Of a stretch of 64,000 bases of DNA, positions 1 through 11,358 are shown one piece after another. Source of the DNA: an uncultured cyanobacterium. GTDB taxonomy: Bacteria; Cyanobacteriota; Cyanobacteriia; Cyanobacteriales; Microcystaceae. The position numbers and the translations under genes are program-made. The notes under the pieces are model-generated. The model made no database searches. It worked only from the letters and a program-made list of their open reading frames with translations, and was not told where the DNA came from. The stretch spans positions 1 through 64,000 of the forward strand of contig CAWEDJ010000022.1 in assembly GCA_963807635.1 (NCBI GenBank). The letters run 5' to 3'. Position 1 is the first letter of the stretch; the number at the start of each line of letters is the position of its first letter.

Positions 1-1521
1 ATTCCAAATTCAGAATGTAGCTAAAGACAAAAAAAACTCAAGCTTTTTACTGGCAAGGGTTTTACCTTGAAGATTTCCAAGTAAGAAATTAAGAAGAATT
101 GGAAGCAGCAGGAGAAAGGGGGTCATCAAGCATAAAATCTAAAAGATGATGCCAGCTTTCAAAGAGTAGATATTTGGTTAAAGAAAGAAAGTCTTGGAAG
201 AATCCCTTACGAGTACAGCGTTGGACGCGAATCCTCTGGTAACGTTCATCAACCAAACCCAAAACCGTGTGGAAGAGAAAAGCCAGTAGATTGAGAGTGA
301 GCAAAACGGAGGCAAGGTGTTGTTTTCCATGCCCAAAATTATGTTCTAAATGATAGCCCCGATTTTTGAGAATATTGTGATTCTCATTCTCCGTGCGCCA
401 ACGAGTCCGTCCAGCACGACAGACATCAAGAACGACTTGAGGGGTGAGAAAATGGTTGGTAATCCAACTATTGTGATGGAGGAGTTGAGCATCGGATTCG
501 CGGTAGACTTTTAGTTCACACCAGTTAACCAACAAAGCAGGCTGTTGCTCTCGCAGGGGGATTTGATTGAGATAACGACATTGCCAAATCTCAAAATACT
601 TCCCATTCCAGCGTCGGTGTTGAGTAGTTTTGAGTTCCCCGTTGGCTTCTAAATAGGCTAACCACTCATAAAGTGTGGGATGAGAAGTCGGCAAACAGAC
701 GAAGATAAAGTTGAAGTCGTGGTCTAGACTATGCTGACAAGTCGGCTGACGACTGAACAAGTCATCCCCTAGTAGCGTTATCTTCTGCCATGCAAACAAA
801 CTGGCATGATTACTTATCCAGCGTTTTGCCGCATTTTGCTCGCAATCCTGTTTTTCCGACCCGTCTTGAGGAGTGATAAATTCAGGAGCTAAGGAGAAAA
901 CTGATTCATGGTCTGGGGAAACAATCACTGGTAATAATGCTTGATGAAAGTAGGTGACTTTTCCCTGTTTTGACGTTTTGGTTGAACAGCATGGACAATT
1001 GACTTTCCCTGAACTGTGATAATTTGTTCCATCCATCGCCACTAATAGATTTCCCCCCAATATCTCATAAGATTTTAGGAATCCCATGTTTCTCAATGCT
1101 TGGTAAATCAACCCAAACAATGGGAATAGACTGCTCGCTGTTATCCCATCCACAATATTACGAATCTGCTCTACTGTCGGTATTTTGTTTAGTCCAAACA
1201 AACTTTGAGCATTATCTCGCCCACAACGACTGTTGAGTTGACGTTGGTACTCTAAAAATGACTCATTTTGCGTAAAAAAGGCGGCAAATGCACCCAATAT
1301 CGCCTCTCTTAGACTATATTTCGTTGCGTTACTCGCTGAGCGCGGGTCATCTATTTTTGCGATAACCTCGTTTAAACACTCCATGATTCCATCAAAACTT
1401 AGGTCGGTTACTTTCATTTCACACTCTACAAAACCAGCAAAAGTTTCTCTTCTTGTTCATAGACCCCTAAATGCGAATACCATTCTGTTTTTGTTTATAC
1501 CATTTGAATTTGGAATTGCTG
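1..1521 (-). mobile_element. ISNCY-family insertion sequence (left end cut by window edge)
   Basis: Contains transposase 89..1417. Window start ATTCCAAATTCAGAATG is a near inverted repeat of CATTTGAATTTGGAATTGCTG at 1501-1521. Confidence 0.8.
89..1417 (-). CDS. ISNCY-family DDE transposase
   Basis: 442 aa; AMDGT, LGDDL and RWRTENE..LK DDE-type motifs; HNFGHG typical of cyanobacterial ISNCY transposases. Confidence 0.85.
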   Translation of the reverse strand: MKVTDLSFDGIMECLNEVIAKIDDPRSASNATKYSLREAILGAFAAFFTQNESFLEYQRQLNSRCGRDNAQSLFGLNKIPTVEQIRNIVDGITASSLFPLFGLIYQALRNMGFLKSYEILGGNLLVAMDGTNYHSSGKVNCPCCSTKTSKQGKVTYFHQALLPVIVSPDHESVFSLAPEFITPQDGSEKQDCEQNAAKRWISNHASLFAWQKITLLGDDLFSRQPTCQHSLDHDFNFIFVCLPTSHPTLYEWLAYLEANGELKTTQHRRWNGKYFEIWQCRYLNQIPLREQQPALLVNWCELKVYRESDAQLLHHNSWITNHFLTPQVVLDVCRAGRTRWRTENENHNILKNRGYHLEHNFGHGKQHLASVLLTLNLLAFLFHTVLGLVDERYQRIRVQRCTRKGFFQDFLSLTKYLLFESWHHLLDFMLDDPLSPAASNSS

Positions 1522-1538
1522 ATTGATGACACGCTCTA
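1522..1538. repeat. Terminal inverted repeat fragment of an IS5-family element
   Basis: ATTGATGACACGCTCTA is 16/17 identical to 20133-20149, the right end of the IS5 element in this window. Confidence 0.75.
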
Positions 1539-1542
1539 AATC

Positions 1543-2613
1543 TTAGGGATTTTCAGAGGATAGATCGGGATTATTCAATCGGTAATAATCCAACATTTCT
1601 TTGATAAATCCCGTGCAGGGAACAGCAATTAAAATGCCTAAAATTCCTGCAATCTTAACGCCCACAATCAAAGATAACAAAACCCAAACGGGATGGACTC
1701 CTGTGAATTTTCCGAGTAATCTGGGCGCGATCGCGTTTTCAATAAGTTGATCCACCACTGTTGCGATCGCTAATACCTTCACGCCTAACCAAAAACTGTT
1801 TAAACTGGCGAGTAAACTAATCACCAGAATACTCAAGCCGCCCCCAAAGGGAAAAAGAGCCATTACCCCAATAATTAATCCAAATAACAGACCAAAGGGA
1901 ACATTAAGCACAACAAACGACAGAATCATGCTAATTCCTAACCAACTAGCCACCGTGATCTGACCAATATAATAATTGTGAAAACTACGTCGTAAACCTT
2001 GTCGAATTGGGATTCTTAAAGAGAGGGGAAACCACCGAAAAATTCCATCCCAAAAACTTTCTCCTTTTAGTAATAAATAGACCGTAATAATCGTAATTAA
2101 ACCCGCTTCAAAAATCCCCCCTGCCGCTCCCAACATAAAAGTAATCACTTGCCCCGTCAACGCTTGCAATTGTTCGGGTAACTTCTCAGAAAATTTATTA
2201 GCAAATTGACTAAAATCGGTGGGTAATTTCCATCTTAATGACCAATCTTGTAAAATCTTCAATTGATGACTACCCGATTCTCCCCAACGCGGTAAAATCT
2301 GTAAAAGTTGGTTAATTTGTTCTGCTAAGACAGGAATCAGTAATAATGCCAAAATAGTAATGAATAAAAAAGCAGTGACTAACACTAAAATAACTGCGTG
2401 TAAGCGTTGAATACGGGGATGACGTTGTAACCAATAGACGGGATATCCCAAGATAAAGGCTAAAAGATTAGCAATAATAAAAATGCGAATAGGAGATTGA
2501 AAATAATCTAAAATCAGCATTAAGACCCAACCGTTGAGGGCAATAATCGGTAAGGCCATTCCCCAACATAAATAACGAAAAACTTGAGGCGGTAGGGGGT
2601 TAAATTTCATCAT
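1543..2613 (-). CDS. AI-2E family (PerM-like) transporter
   Basis: 356 aa multi-TM protein with ENAIAPRLLG..TGVHP..LSL..G..GILG...AVP signature. Confidence 0.85.
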   Translation of the reverse strand: MMKFNPLPPQVFRYLCWGMALPIIALNGWVLMLILDYFQSPIRIFIIANLLAFILGYPVYWLQRHPRIQRLHAVILVLVTAFLFITILALLLIPVLAEQINQLLQILPRWGESGSHQLKILQDWSLRWKLPTDFSQFANKFSEKLPEQLQALTGQVITFMLGAAGGIFEAGLITIITVYLLLKGESFWDGIFRWFPLSLRIPIRQGLRRSFHNYYIGQITVASWLGISMILSFVVLNVPFGLLFGLIIGVMALFPFGGGLSILVISLLASLNSFWLGVKVLAIATVVDQLIENAIAPRLLGKFTGVHPVWVLLSLIVGVKIAGILGILIAVPCTGFIKEMLDYYRLNNPDLSSENP

Positions 2614-2784
2614 TAATTTGTTGGCATTGATTTTAGCTTGAGTCTTGATGATTAATTTTAATGATTTTAGTTAAGCAAGATTTTATAAACAATACGCAAT
2701 TGGATGAGATATCGGTAAGAGGTTTAAATTTTTTATTTCCAAACATCGGACAGAACATCAATATCCCTATGAGCAATTTAAAGA

Positions 2785-3735
2785 TTATTTTGCGGCAAAC
2801 TGGCGTTTTAATTCGTATCCTCCTAGACATAAACTCGCTAAAATCAGAGGAATCCAATAATAAATGACTCGATAAGCAAGCAGAGATCCTAACAGTTGAA
2901 TCGAAGGAATGGTAGAGGATAGGGTTAAAAGAATCACCGTTTCAAATACGCCCAATCCTCCTGGGATATTACTGATAATTCCTGCGATCTGTGCCAAGAG
3001 ATAAATTCCAAAAAATCCTGCATAGGAAAGGGAAAGACTAGGGGGTAATAAAACGTATAGAACGGCGGCGGCGAGACCCCAATCGATCGCGGTGACTGCG
3101 ATTTGAGTAAGGGATAGTTTAAAGGGTAAATGGGGAAGTTTCCAACGACCAATTTGTAGGGTTTTATGGGTGAATAAACTGAGAGCTAAATAGGCAACAA
3201 TAATGATTAAAAAAATCAATCCCAGGGGATGAACGGAAGAAAAAGGTAACTTGAGAACCTTGGGAACTTGTAATGGTTCAACTAGAAAAGTAACCCCTCC
3301 GACTGCCAATAGACCCAACCAAAAACTGAGATTACAAAAGGCAATAATACTGGCAATTTGTCGATTAGAGAGTCCCCAATGGGCATAGAAGCGATAACGG
3401 ATGGCACTACCACTTAAAAGGGCGAGTCCGACGCTATTACTAATGGCATAACTCATAAAACCGACAAAGGCTGTTTTTCGATAATCGAGTGATCCCTGGA
3501 TATAAATCATTGCCAGGGTGTCATAACTCGTCAGCATCACATAATTAACCAGCATTAGGGCGATCGCGGTGAGTAAATGCTGATCAGAAATCGCCTTTAG
3601 ACTTGCGAGGATATCTTGGGGGCTATATTTTGCCAATTCTTGATGAATGGCCCAAATTGAAAGGATAAACAGAATTAATCCCACTAAGGACGGGGCTAGT
3701 TGTTGAATCCATTTCCCATACTCATGTTTTTTCAT
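2785..3735 (-). CDS. Lysylphosphatidylglycerol synthase (MprF-type) transmembrane/flippase domain protein
   Basis: [22 protein letters not shown] and LLAYR..YY motifs; no C-terminal synthase domain; ATG at 3735 overlaps the queF 3' end. Confidence 0.8.
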   Translation of the reverse strand: MKKHEYGKWIQQLAPSLVGLILFILSIWAIHQELAKYSPQDILASLKAISDQHLLTAIALMLVNYVMLTSYDTLAMIYIQGSLDYRKTAFVGFMSYAISNSVGLALLSGSAIRYRFYAHWGLSNRQIASIIAFCNLSFWLGLLAVGGVTFLVEPLQVPKVLKLPFSSVHPLGLIFLIIIVAYLALSLFTHKTLQIGRWKLPHLPFKLSLTQIAVTAIDWGLAAAVLYVLLPPSLSLSYAGFFGIYLLAQIAGIISNIPGGLGVFETVILLTLSSTIPSIQLLGSLLAYRVIYYWIPLILASLCLGGYELKRQFAAK

Positions 3736-4153
3736 GTTGGACTTCGACGACCATGTGGACATTGCCCCTCGGATTAAAATCGGCCCGAATTTTCACAAAA
3801 AGCGGATCACAAGCGGCAATAAACTCATCCAAAATGACGTTAACGACTTCTTCGTGGGAAATATAGCGATCGCGGAAAGAATTGGCGTAAAGTTTGAGGG
3901 CTTTGAGTTCGACCACTTTTTCGTTGGGACAATAGTTAATATAAAAAGTCGCAAAATCGGGATACCCTGAAAAAGGACACTTACAGGTAAATTCAGGTAA
4001 GGTAATCTGGACATCGTAACGCCTACCTGGGCTGGGATTGGGAAAGGTAATTAATTGTCCTGCTTCAATAATGCGTTCCCCATATTTAATCGATTCTGGG
4101 GTATTTTCGGGTTTTTCAGAGAGTATGGTGTCGGATTGGGATACTTGACTCAT
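3722..4153 (-). CDS. queF: preQ1 synthase (7-cyano-7-deazaguanine reductase)
   Basis: [29 protein letters not shown] and FNPRGN motifs. Confidence 0.95.
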   Translation of the reverse strand: MSQVSQSDTILSEKPENTPESIKYGERIIEAGQLITFPNPSPGRRYDVQITLPEFTCKCPFSGYPDFATFYINYCPNEKVVELKALKLYANSFRDRYISHEEVVNVILDEFIAACDPLFVKIRADFNPRGNVHMVVEVQHEKT

Positions 4154-4521
4154 GGATTTGATCAAAAAGTTCTAGGGTTATTTATAGTAACGATTATCGC
4201 AAAGGACGAGACCTTACTGGGAAAATTGGGTTAGCGAGTTCACCGCTATGCAAAAACGGGAACAAATTCGATTTGTCACAGTCAGCCTACAAACATAGAT
4301 ACGAGTATTAACAATCAAACGCGATCGCGCTTCAGAGACGGGCAAAAAAATTCGTAAAGTCATTTAAGACAAAGCTAACGTCCCATCCCCCAATTAATTT
4401 CCCACAAAATCACCCTGCACCCCTCTTTTTAGAATTACCATATTTAGTGTCTTAGTTCTACAATAAGACGACCCACACACTAGATTTAGTGCTTGCACTA
4501 TCTCGAAAGGATCATACTCCG

Positions 4522-7500
4522 ATGAATTATTTACAGGAATGGCAGCAAAGCTGTGTTGATGAACAGCTAATCCGCCTTAATGTAACTTGCCTGGCGGGAG
4601 AATCTCCCTCAGAACACCTACTCTATGCCGACACTCTACCCCGACGCAATGATGGGCGAGTCAGTAACGCGATTCTTGACCGCTATGAACATATTGAAGC
4701 GGGCGGCTGGTGGTGTTCAGGAATTGATTTATTAACGGGAGAATTGGATCTTTGGGGCTGTTTTAAGCCTGATTCCCCCCGAACTCATCCCCAAAAGGGA
4801 AAAATCATTAAATATGAACATCCTCCCCAGGCTCCGACGGGTTTGTTTGCTCTTCGAGTACCTTTGCAACTGTGGGAACGCATTGCTGAACGGGCAGGGA
4901 TTGCGATCGCCGAAGCCCAGATCGATCCAGAGCAACCTGATTTGGGCTTTTGGCAATGGTTGATGAATCATCCCCACGTGCCTTTGTGTATTACGGAAGG
5001 GGCTAAAAAAGCAGGAGCCTTGTTGTCCGCAGGATACGCCGCGATCGCCTTACCAGGAGTTCACAACGGTTATCGAACCCCGAAAGATGAAACAGGAAAA
5101 CGCATTGGCCATTCCCATTTAATCCCGCCCCTCAAAAAATTGGCCAATCCGCAACGAGAAATCTATATTGCCTTTGACCAGGACAGTAAACCCAAAGCCG
5201 TCGAATCGGTCAATAGTGCCATTAAACGCTTGGGTTATCTTTTTCAAAAAGCAGATTGTAAAGTCAAAATCATTACCTGGGACAATCAATTCGGCAAAGG
5301 CGTAGATGATTTTATTGCCGAAAAAGGGGAAGAGATCTTTACCGAAGCCTATCAAACCGCTCTGCCTTTTGATATTTGGAAAGCCCAGGGTTTAAGCCAA
5401 CTCACTTATCCCGCCGCTCTAAGAAGTCCATGCGCGCTATCTGCCGAATTTAGAAATTGCCGAAAACGCCCAACTCGTCGGCATCAAATCCGCTAAGGGA
5501 ACAGGCAAAACCCAGTTTATCCAAACTCTCGTCGCTCAAGCATTGGCTAAACATCAACCCGTTTTAGTGATTGGCCATCGGGTCAGATTAGTGGAAGAAC
5601 TGTGTTTGCGCTTTGGTTTACCCTACATTACGGAAGTTCGCGAGCATCCCCTCGGCCAAGTGTTGGGTTATGGATTGTGCATTGATTCCTTGCATCCCAA
5701 TTCCCAGGCGAAATTTGATCCTGAACAATGGTCAGATAGTCTCGTGATTATGGATGAAGTGGAGCAGGTTCTCTGGCATACCTTAAATTCCGATACCTGT
5801 CGTCATCAGAGGGTTTCGATTCTTAAATCCTTAAAATCCCTATTACAAAATGTCCTCAGTGGCGGTGGTCGGGTCGTCGTTGCCGATGCCGATCTGAGCG
5901 ATATTTCCCTGGATTATTTAATCGCCCTATCGGGAATTCCCCTTAATCCTTTTATTATTCAAAATCAATGGAAACCGCAGGAAAAAGAAGCCTGGACGGT
6001 TTATCATTACCCTGAAAATGACCCGAAACGCCTAGTTAAAAATCTGGTTAAACATATTAAAGAAGGTGGCAAACCCTTTGTTTGTTTATCGGCTCAAAAA
6101 ATCAGTAGTTCCTGGGGAACCTTAAACCTAGAATCCTATCTGAAAAATCAATTTCCCGATACCAAAATTTTGCGAATTGATGCCGAATCCCTTGCCGAAC
6201 CGAGTCACGCGGCCTATGGTTGCATGGCAAATTTGGATCAGGTTTTAGCAAATTATGATGTGGTGCTGGCGAGTCCTTCCATTGAAACGGGGGTGAGTAT
6301 TGACCTCAAGGATCATTTCACTTCGGTTTGGTGTATTGCCCAGGGCATTCAAACAGCGACTTCGGTTTGTCAGGCATTAGGACGAATTCGCGCAAATATT
6401 CCCCGTCATATCTGGGTTGCGGGTTATAGCTTTAACCAGGTCGGTAATGGTTCGACCTCGATCACGTCCCTGTTGACTTCTGGGCATCGTTTAACGGAAT
6501 TAAATATTCGTCTTCTGCAAAAATCCGATTTAGAAAATTTAGATGATCTCGATACAGGATTTCAGGCAGAATCTTTGCTGTGTTGGGCAAAAATGGCAGT
6601 ACGGGTCAATGCTTCTATGTTGCACTATCGGGATTCGGTTTTAGCTCTATTACAACAGGATAATCATCGTCTAGAATTAAAAATTCCCAAGGCCCCTCTC
6701 AAAACCGTTGCGGAAAATCAAGTCAGTCTCGCGGCTCAAAATCAACTGACGGACGCGATTCAAGAAGCCCGTGAACAAAATTATCAGGCCGAATGCCAGG
6801 CGATCGCCCTTTCCCCTAAACTCAGTGACCAGAAATATCAAAAACTGAAGAAAAGACTGGTTAAAAATGTGCAAGAGCGGCGGACTCTGCGGAAACATGA
6901 ACTCAAACAACGCTACGGTATTGAAATAACTCCAGAATTAGTCGTTTTAGATGACCAGGGCTGGTATCAGAAGTTAAGGTTACATTACTTTTTAACCGTC
7001 GGTCGTCATTATCTGGCTGATCGCGACACCAAATTTGCCAAAAATCTGATCGAACAAGGTCATGGCAGTTTGTTTCTCCCCGATTTCAATGGTTCCCAAT
7101 TAGGGGCAATTATCGGCACAATGGAGATTTTAGGGATTCCTGTGTTACTGGCCGATCCCCAGCGAGAACTTTGTCCCCAGGACGATGATTTACTGGCTCT
7201 CGCTCAAATTGCTATTCAAAATCGAGCCGATATTAAAACCGTTGTGGGCATTGGGATTGCCCATAATGCCAGCCCGATCACGATTATTCGCCGTTTTCTA
7301 GATTTAGTTGGCTATGATTTGCAGGTCTTAAAATCTAAACGAATCGGGAAAAAACAGGTCAGAATTTATCAAATTATTGTTCCCAGTGATGGTCGAGAAG
7401 CTGTCTTTCAACAATGGTTAATCCGCGATCGCGCTTTGCCTGGTAGTTCGGAGGGTTGGTTTGATGAATATTGCCTTAAGCTAAAATCTTCTGGGCAAAA

Positions 7501-7552
7501 TCACAAATCTGATGATGATCCCTATCTGCAATTGAGTTTAGATTTGGCTTGA
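4522..7552 (+). CDS. CyRepA1-family replication protein (DUF3854 primase-like + helicase-like domain); one frameshift near 5420
   Basis: ORF 4489..5496 has ITEGAKKA, IAFDQD and KGVDD (TOPRIM-like). In the shifted frame GIKSAKGTGKT (Walker A, ~5480-5512) leads into ORF 5543..7552 with VIMDEVEQV and SPSIETGVS. Confidence 0.8.
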
Positions 7553-8053
7553 AGAACAAAAAATGCAGCGATCGCCCTTTATTCCCAAAATTTTCAAAGA
7601 AATTAAAAATAAACCCCGAATGCTTTTGGAAATTCATGAAAAATCCTTGAAAGAGAATATTTTTAAAATTTCTCCAAAAACTTTTAGGCAATTAATCCAA
7701 TTTATACAATTAAACCTTTGCCTATACAGAATTTCAAACATTGCTTTGTCAGGCTGGGAAAAAACAATTAACCATTTAGAAAAATTGAGGAATAGTTCTC
7801 TGAAAAATCAAAGCGATCGCTAAAAATCTTGACTGGATTACCGAATGAAGTAATTAGCAATGTTCACAGCAAGCTCCCTATGGTATAAGCCCAGGATTTA
7901 GGACAAATAACCTGAAACCCAAGCTCACCATCCCCAAGGACTTGAAAGAAAAAGCTAATACCCTTGATGACCTCCTCGACCACATTCTGCCTAAAAACTC
8001 CTCAGACAACTCGTATTAACACTGATTTTGTAAACTTTTGGAACAAACCAATC

Positions 8054-8762
8054 ATGAAAATTACTTTTTGCCTAGCAGTGGGTTTAGTTACAGGTATAAT
8101 GCTACCCCTGATCTAATGCGTCTGAGAATCAGGTTCCTCAAACACCAGCAGTAGCCATCAATTCTCTTCAAATCTCTCCCCAATCTTCTCCGACAGGTTT
8201 CAATGAACGACTGAGTGATACCAGTAATGCGTCTGAAACTGTGAGTGGATCTGGGAAATCTACTGAAACGCTGAGTGATACCAGCAAGCCTTCTGTCAGT
8301 AAACCGTCTGTAACAGGAAGTGAATCCAGTCAGTCTCCCAACACGGTGAGCGATTCGTCTGATGGATCTACTAACACCGATTCAACACCAATCAAGAAAC
8401 CTAGCTCAGAATCCGTGACCCCAGACACAACTGAGGACAACACAGAAACTCCAATGACAACCAGTCCTACCCCTAAGACGGATGCTTCGGACTCTAAAAA
8501 CACCTCGACGGAAACAACCACCCCGCCAATGGGTACGTCAAGTCCAATGGGACAGATGAACAACATAAACGGTTCGCCTGCGGTCATTAAGGATGGTCAG
8601 ATGCCCCAAAAGCCTGATGCTCCTTCTAGTTCGTCCAAACCCACTTCACCCAACACAACTCCTACGACAACAACTTCACCGACCACAACTTCACCAAACA
8701 CAACTCCTAAGACAAATAAAACGACAAAAACAGTCCCAAGTGTTAAGACTGGTGAGTGGTAA
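8054..8762 (+). CDS. Secreted Ser/Thr/Pro-rich low-complexity protein; frameshift near 8111
   Basis: ATG 8054 encodes signal-peptide-like MKITFCLAVGLVTGIMLPL. The +1 frame is open from 8112 into ORF 8241..8762. Internal repeats LSDTS x2 and TSPNTTP x2. Confidence 0.6.
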
Positions 8763-8854
8763 TTGAAGCAGTTATTCTCTATCTGCAAACAATTTTCGAT
8801 TTTTCGGTTCAGGTGAATTCTTAATCTGAATTTCCCCTAACCCTGGTTTTTTCT

Positions 8855-8888
8855 AGAGGCGTACTGAAAAGGGTGCGTCTCTTTTTTT
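8855..8888 (+). terminator. Rho-independent terminator
   Basis: AGAGGCGTACT...GGTGCGTCTCT stem followed by a T-run. Confidence 0.6.
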
Positions 8889-8964
8889 ATAGACCCGTCT
8901 GCTAGGATAGGATTTGGTGACCGAGGGAATTCCTCAAATACTAGCTAAATCTCTATTTTTAAAG

Positions 8965-10157
8965 ATGAAACGTCAACTATTACCCTATCTTTTTAACCGC
9001 TATATTATTGCTTTTTTCTTCAGCTTTACGCTAATTTTTGGAGGATTATTTAACTTTTCTGCGATCGCAGCCCCTATTCCTGCTGTAACCCCTGAGCCTG
9101 CCCTAGCTCAAATTCCTATCCCCCAAAATAATCAGGAAAGTTTTGTCGCAAAAGCCGTAGCACGGACGGGGCGGCAGTGGTTCGCATCGATACAGAAACC
9201 GTCGTCACTCGGCGCAATGACCCGTTATTGAACGATCCTTTTTTTAGAGACTTTTTTGGTGGTCAATTTCCCATCAATCAGCCCCAAGAACAACGAATCG
9301 TGGGTCAGGGTTCGGGTTTTATTATTGACGGAACTGGGGTCGTTTTGACCAATGCCCATGTTGTGGATAATGCCAATAAGGTGACGGTAACGCTCAAGGA
9401 TGGTCGCACCTTTAAAGGGGAAGTGAAAGGGGTAGATGAGGTGACCGATCTAGCGGTGGTGAAAATTGATGCCCAGGGTTCGGCTTTACCCGTTGCACCG
9501 TTGGGGGATTCTTCCCAGGTACAAGTGGGAGATTGGGCGATCGCGGTGGGCAATCCTGTGGGGTTGGATAATACGGTCACCTTAGGGATTATTAGTACCC
9601 TGGGGCGATCGGCGGCTAAAGTCGGTATTCCTGATAAGCGAGTGGAATTTATCCAAACCGATGCGGCGATTAATCCAGGGAATTCGGGCGGGCCATTATT
9701 AAATTCCCATGGAGAAGTGGTGGGTATTAATACCGCTATTCGGGCCGATGCGATGGGTATTGGTTTTGCGATTCCCATTAATCAAGCAAAATCCTTAGAA
9801 AGTTTATTAGCTTCGGGTCAAAAGGTTCCCCATCCCTACATTGGTATTCAAATGGTCAATCTGACGGCAGATTTGGCTAAACAAAATAATCGTGATCCCA
9901 ATTCGCCGTTTTTGATTGCCGAAGTGGACGGAATTTTAGTGGTTCGAGTCATTCCGAATACCCCCGCAGAACGGGCAGGAATTCGTCGGGGTGATGTGAT
10001 TACTGCGGTTAATAATCAACCTATTCAGGACGGGGGCGAATTACAATCGATTGTCGATAAAACGGGACTGAATAAATCCCTAAAGCTTAAACTCCAACGA
10101 GGCGATCGCAGTTTAGAATTGACGGTGCAAACGGCCCAATTAGAGAGTGCCTCCTAA
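8965..10157 (+). CDS. hhoA: HtrA/DegP-family serine protease with PDZ domain; frameshift near 9170
   Basis: [18 protein letters not shown] and [14 protein letters not shown] triad motifs plus C-terminal PDZ; N-terminal signal/TM segment lies in ORF 8914..9231. Confidence 0.85.
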
Positions 10158-10268
10158 ACGGCAGAAGGGAGCAGAGGAGAGCGATCTCAGGTTTGAACTG
10201 GGAGGCCATGCCTCTGCTCTGGCGATCGCGGTTTGGATTAAAGTAAGGGGAATTGAAAGGGTCTTCCT

Positions 10269-11051
10269 ATGCGAACGGATACTATTTTTTATCAGTTGTT
10301 TCAGATTATGCCGAATCTTCTCAGTGAGTTGTTAGGCAGAGAGGAGGAGAAGTATCAATTTCAATCGGTGGAAATTAAGGAGTTATCGCGACGAATTGAT
10401 GGAGTCTTTTTGCCTGTGGGGGAAGATGCTAATCAACCCATTTATTTTGCGGAAGTGCAATTCCAGGGGGATGAACGACTCTATGAGCGGTTGCTCACGG
10501 AAACGTTTTTGTATTTGGGGCAGTATCGTCCTGAACGTCCCTGGTTATGTGTGGCGTTATGGGCAAGGCGTGGTATTGAAACTCCTATTCCCCGTCATTA
10601 TGAGGCGTTAGCGGAGGCAGGATTACTGAAAGTGCTATATCTGGAGGAGTTGGGGATAGGGTCGTTGGGTAAATCGGTCTTGCAGTTGGTGACGATCGCG
10701 GATGGATTGGTGCCTGGGGCGGTGGAACGGGTGGTGAGTGAGGTGAGGGCGTTAAGAGATGAAAGTTTTCAGCGACAGGTTATAGAATTGGTGGAGAGGA
10801 TGTTAGTTTATCGTTTTCCTGATTTTTCTAGGGAGGTTTTACAGGCTATGTTTACGGATGCTGATCTAAAAAAGACGCGCTTTTATCGTGAGGTTTTTCA
10901 AGAGGGACTTGAGGAAGGTCGTCAGGAGGGTCTTCGAGAGAGTCGGCGGCAGTTGATTGTGCGGTTACGGCAACGGGGTTTTTCTCAGCAGGAGGTGATG
11001 GAGATGTTGGATTTGTCTTTGGAGCAGGTAACGGAGTTATGGGATAAGTAG
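10269..11051 (+). CDS. Rpn family recombination-promoting nuclease / putative transposase (DUF2887-like)
   Basis: MRTDTIFYQLF start, RRIDGVF...FAEVQF PD-(D/E)XK core, C-terminal QEGLEEGRQEG repeats. Confidence 0.85.
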   Translation: MRTDTIFYQLFQIMPNLLSELLGREEEKYQFQSVEIKELSRRIDGVFLPVGEDANQPIYFAEVQFQGDERLYERLLTETFLYLGQYRPERPWLCVALWARRGIETPIPRHYEALAEAGLLKVLYLEELGIGSLGKSVLQLVTIADGLVPGAVERVVSEVRALRDESFQRQVIELVERMLVYRFPDFSREVLQAMFTDADLKKTRFYREVFQEGLEEGRQEGLRESRRQLIVRLRQRGFSQQEVMEMLDLSLEQVTELWDK

Positions 11052-11223
11052 GCGATCGCGTTTGGTCAGGATTGATGAAAATTAAACGTTAAATAGTTAG
11101 CTGATGGGCGTTCTAGGGTTGGCGGGGTGTTGGTCTGGTTTACGATGAGCGGGGGGAGTGGGCAATTTTAGGCGATCGTGTCATGATCGTGGTGTGGCCT
11201 CAATTATTAAAGAGAGGTGAGTT

Positions 11224-11358
11224 ATGAAAGGTAAACATCCGAAGATGGAAATTCCGTCCCATGAGGGTAAGTTTCCTAAGATCATGATGCTCCACCCACA
11301 AACGAGTTTTCGGCATCAAAGTCGTGGGGGGCAACAAGGCAGAAACAGACCTCGTTAA
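11224..11358 (+). CDS. Small basic protein, 44 aa (MKGKHPKMEIPSHEGKFPKIMMLHPQTSFRHQSRGGQQGRNRPR)
   Basis: Intact ATG..TAA frame directly after a strong SD (AGAGAGGTGA, 11211-11220); below the ORF-track cutoff. Confidence 0.55.
   Translation: MKGKHPKMEIPSHEGKFPKIMMLHPQTSFRHQSRGGQQGRNRPR

Noticed and set aside
4166..4300. preQ1 riboswitch upstream of queF
   Set aside because: The only GTTCTAG-like loop motif is on the opposite strand, with no matching stem plus A-rich tail on the queF strand.
7563..8019. ORFs 7563..7823, 7476..7691 and a start-less open frame 7858..8019
   Set aside because: AT-rich intergenic DNA with no recognisable family; no iteron-like repeats could be established either.
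8733..8762. Sortase LPxTG-like signal (VKTGE)
   Set aside because: No following TM helix or basic tail, and the host is a diderm.
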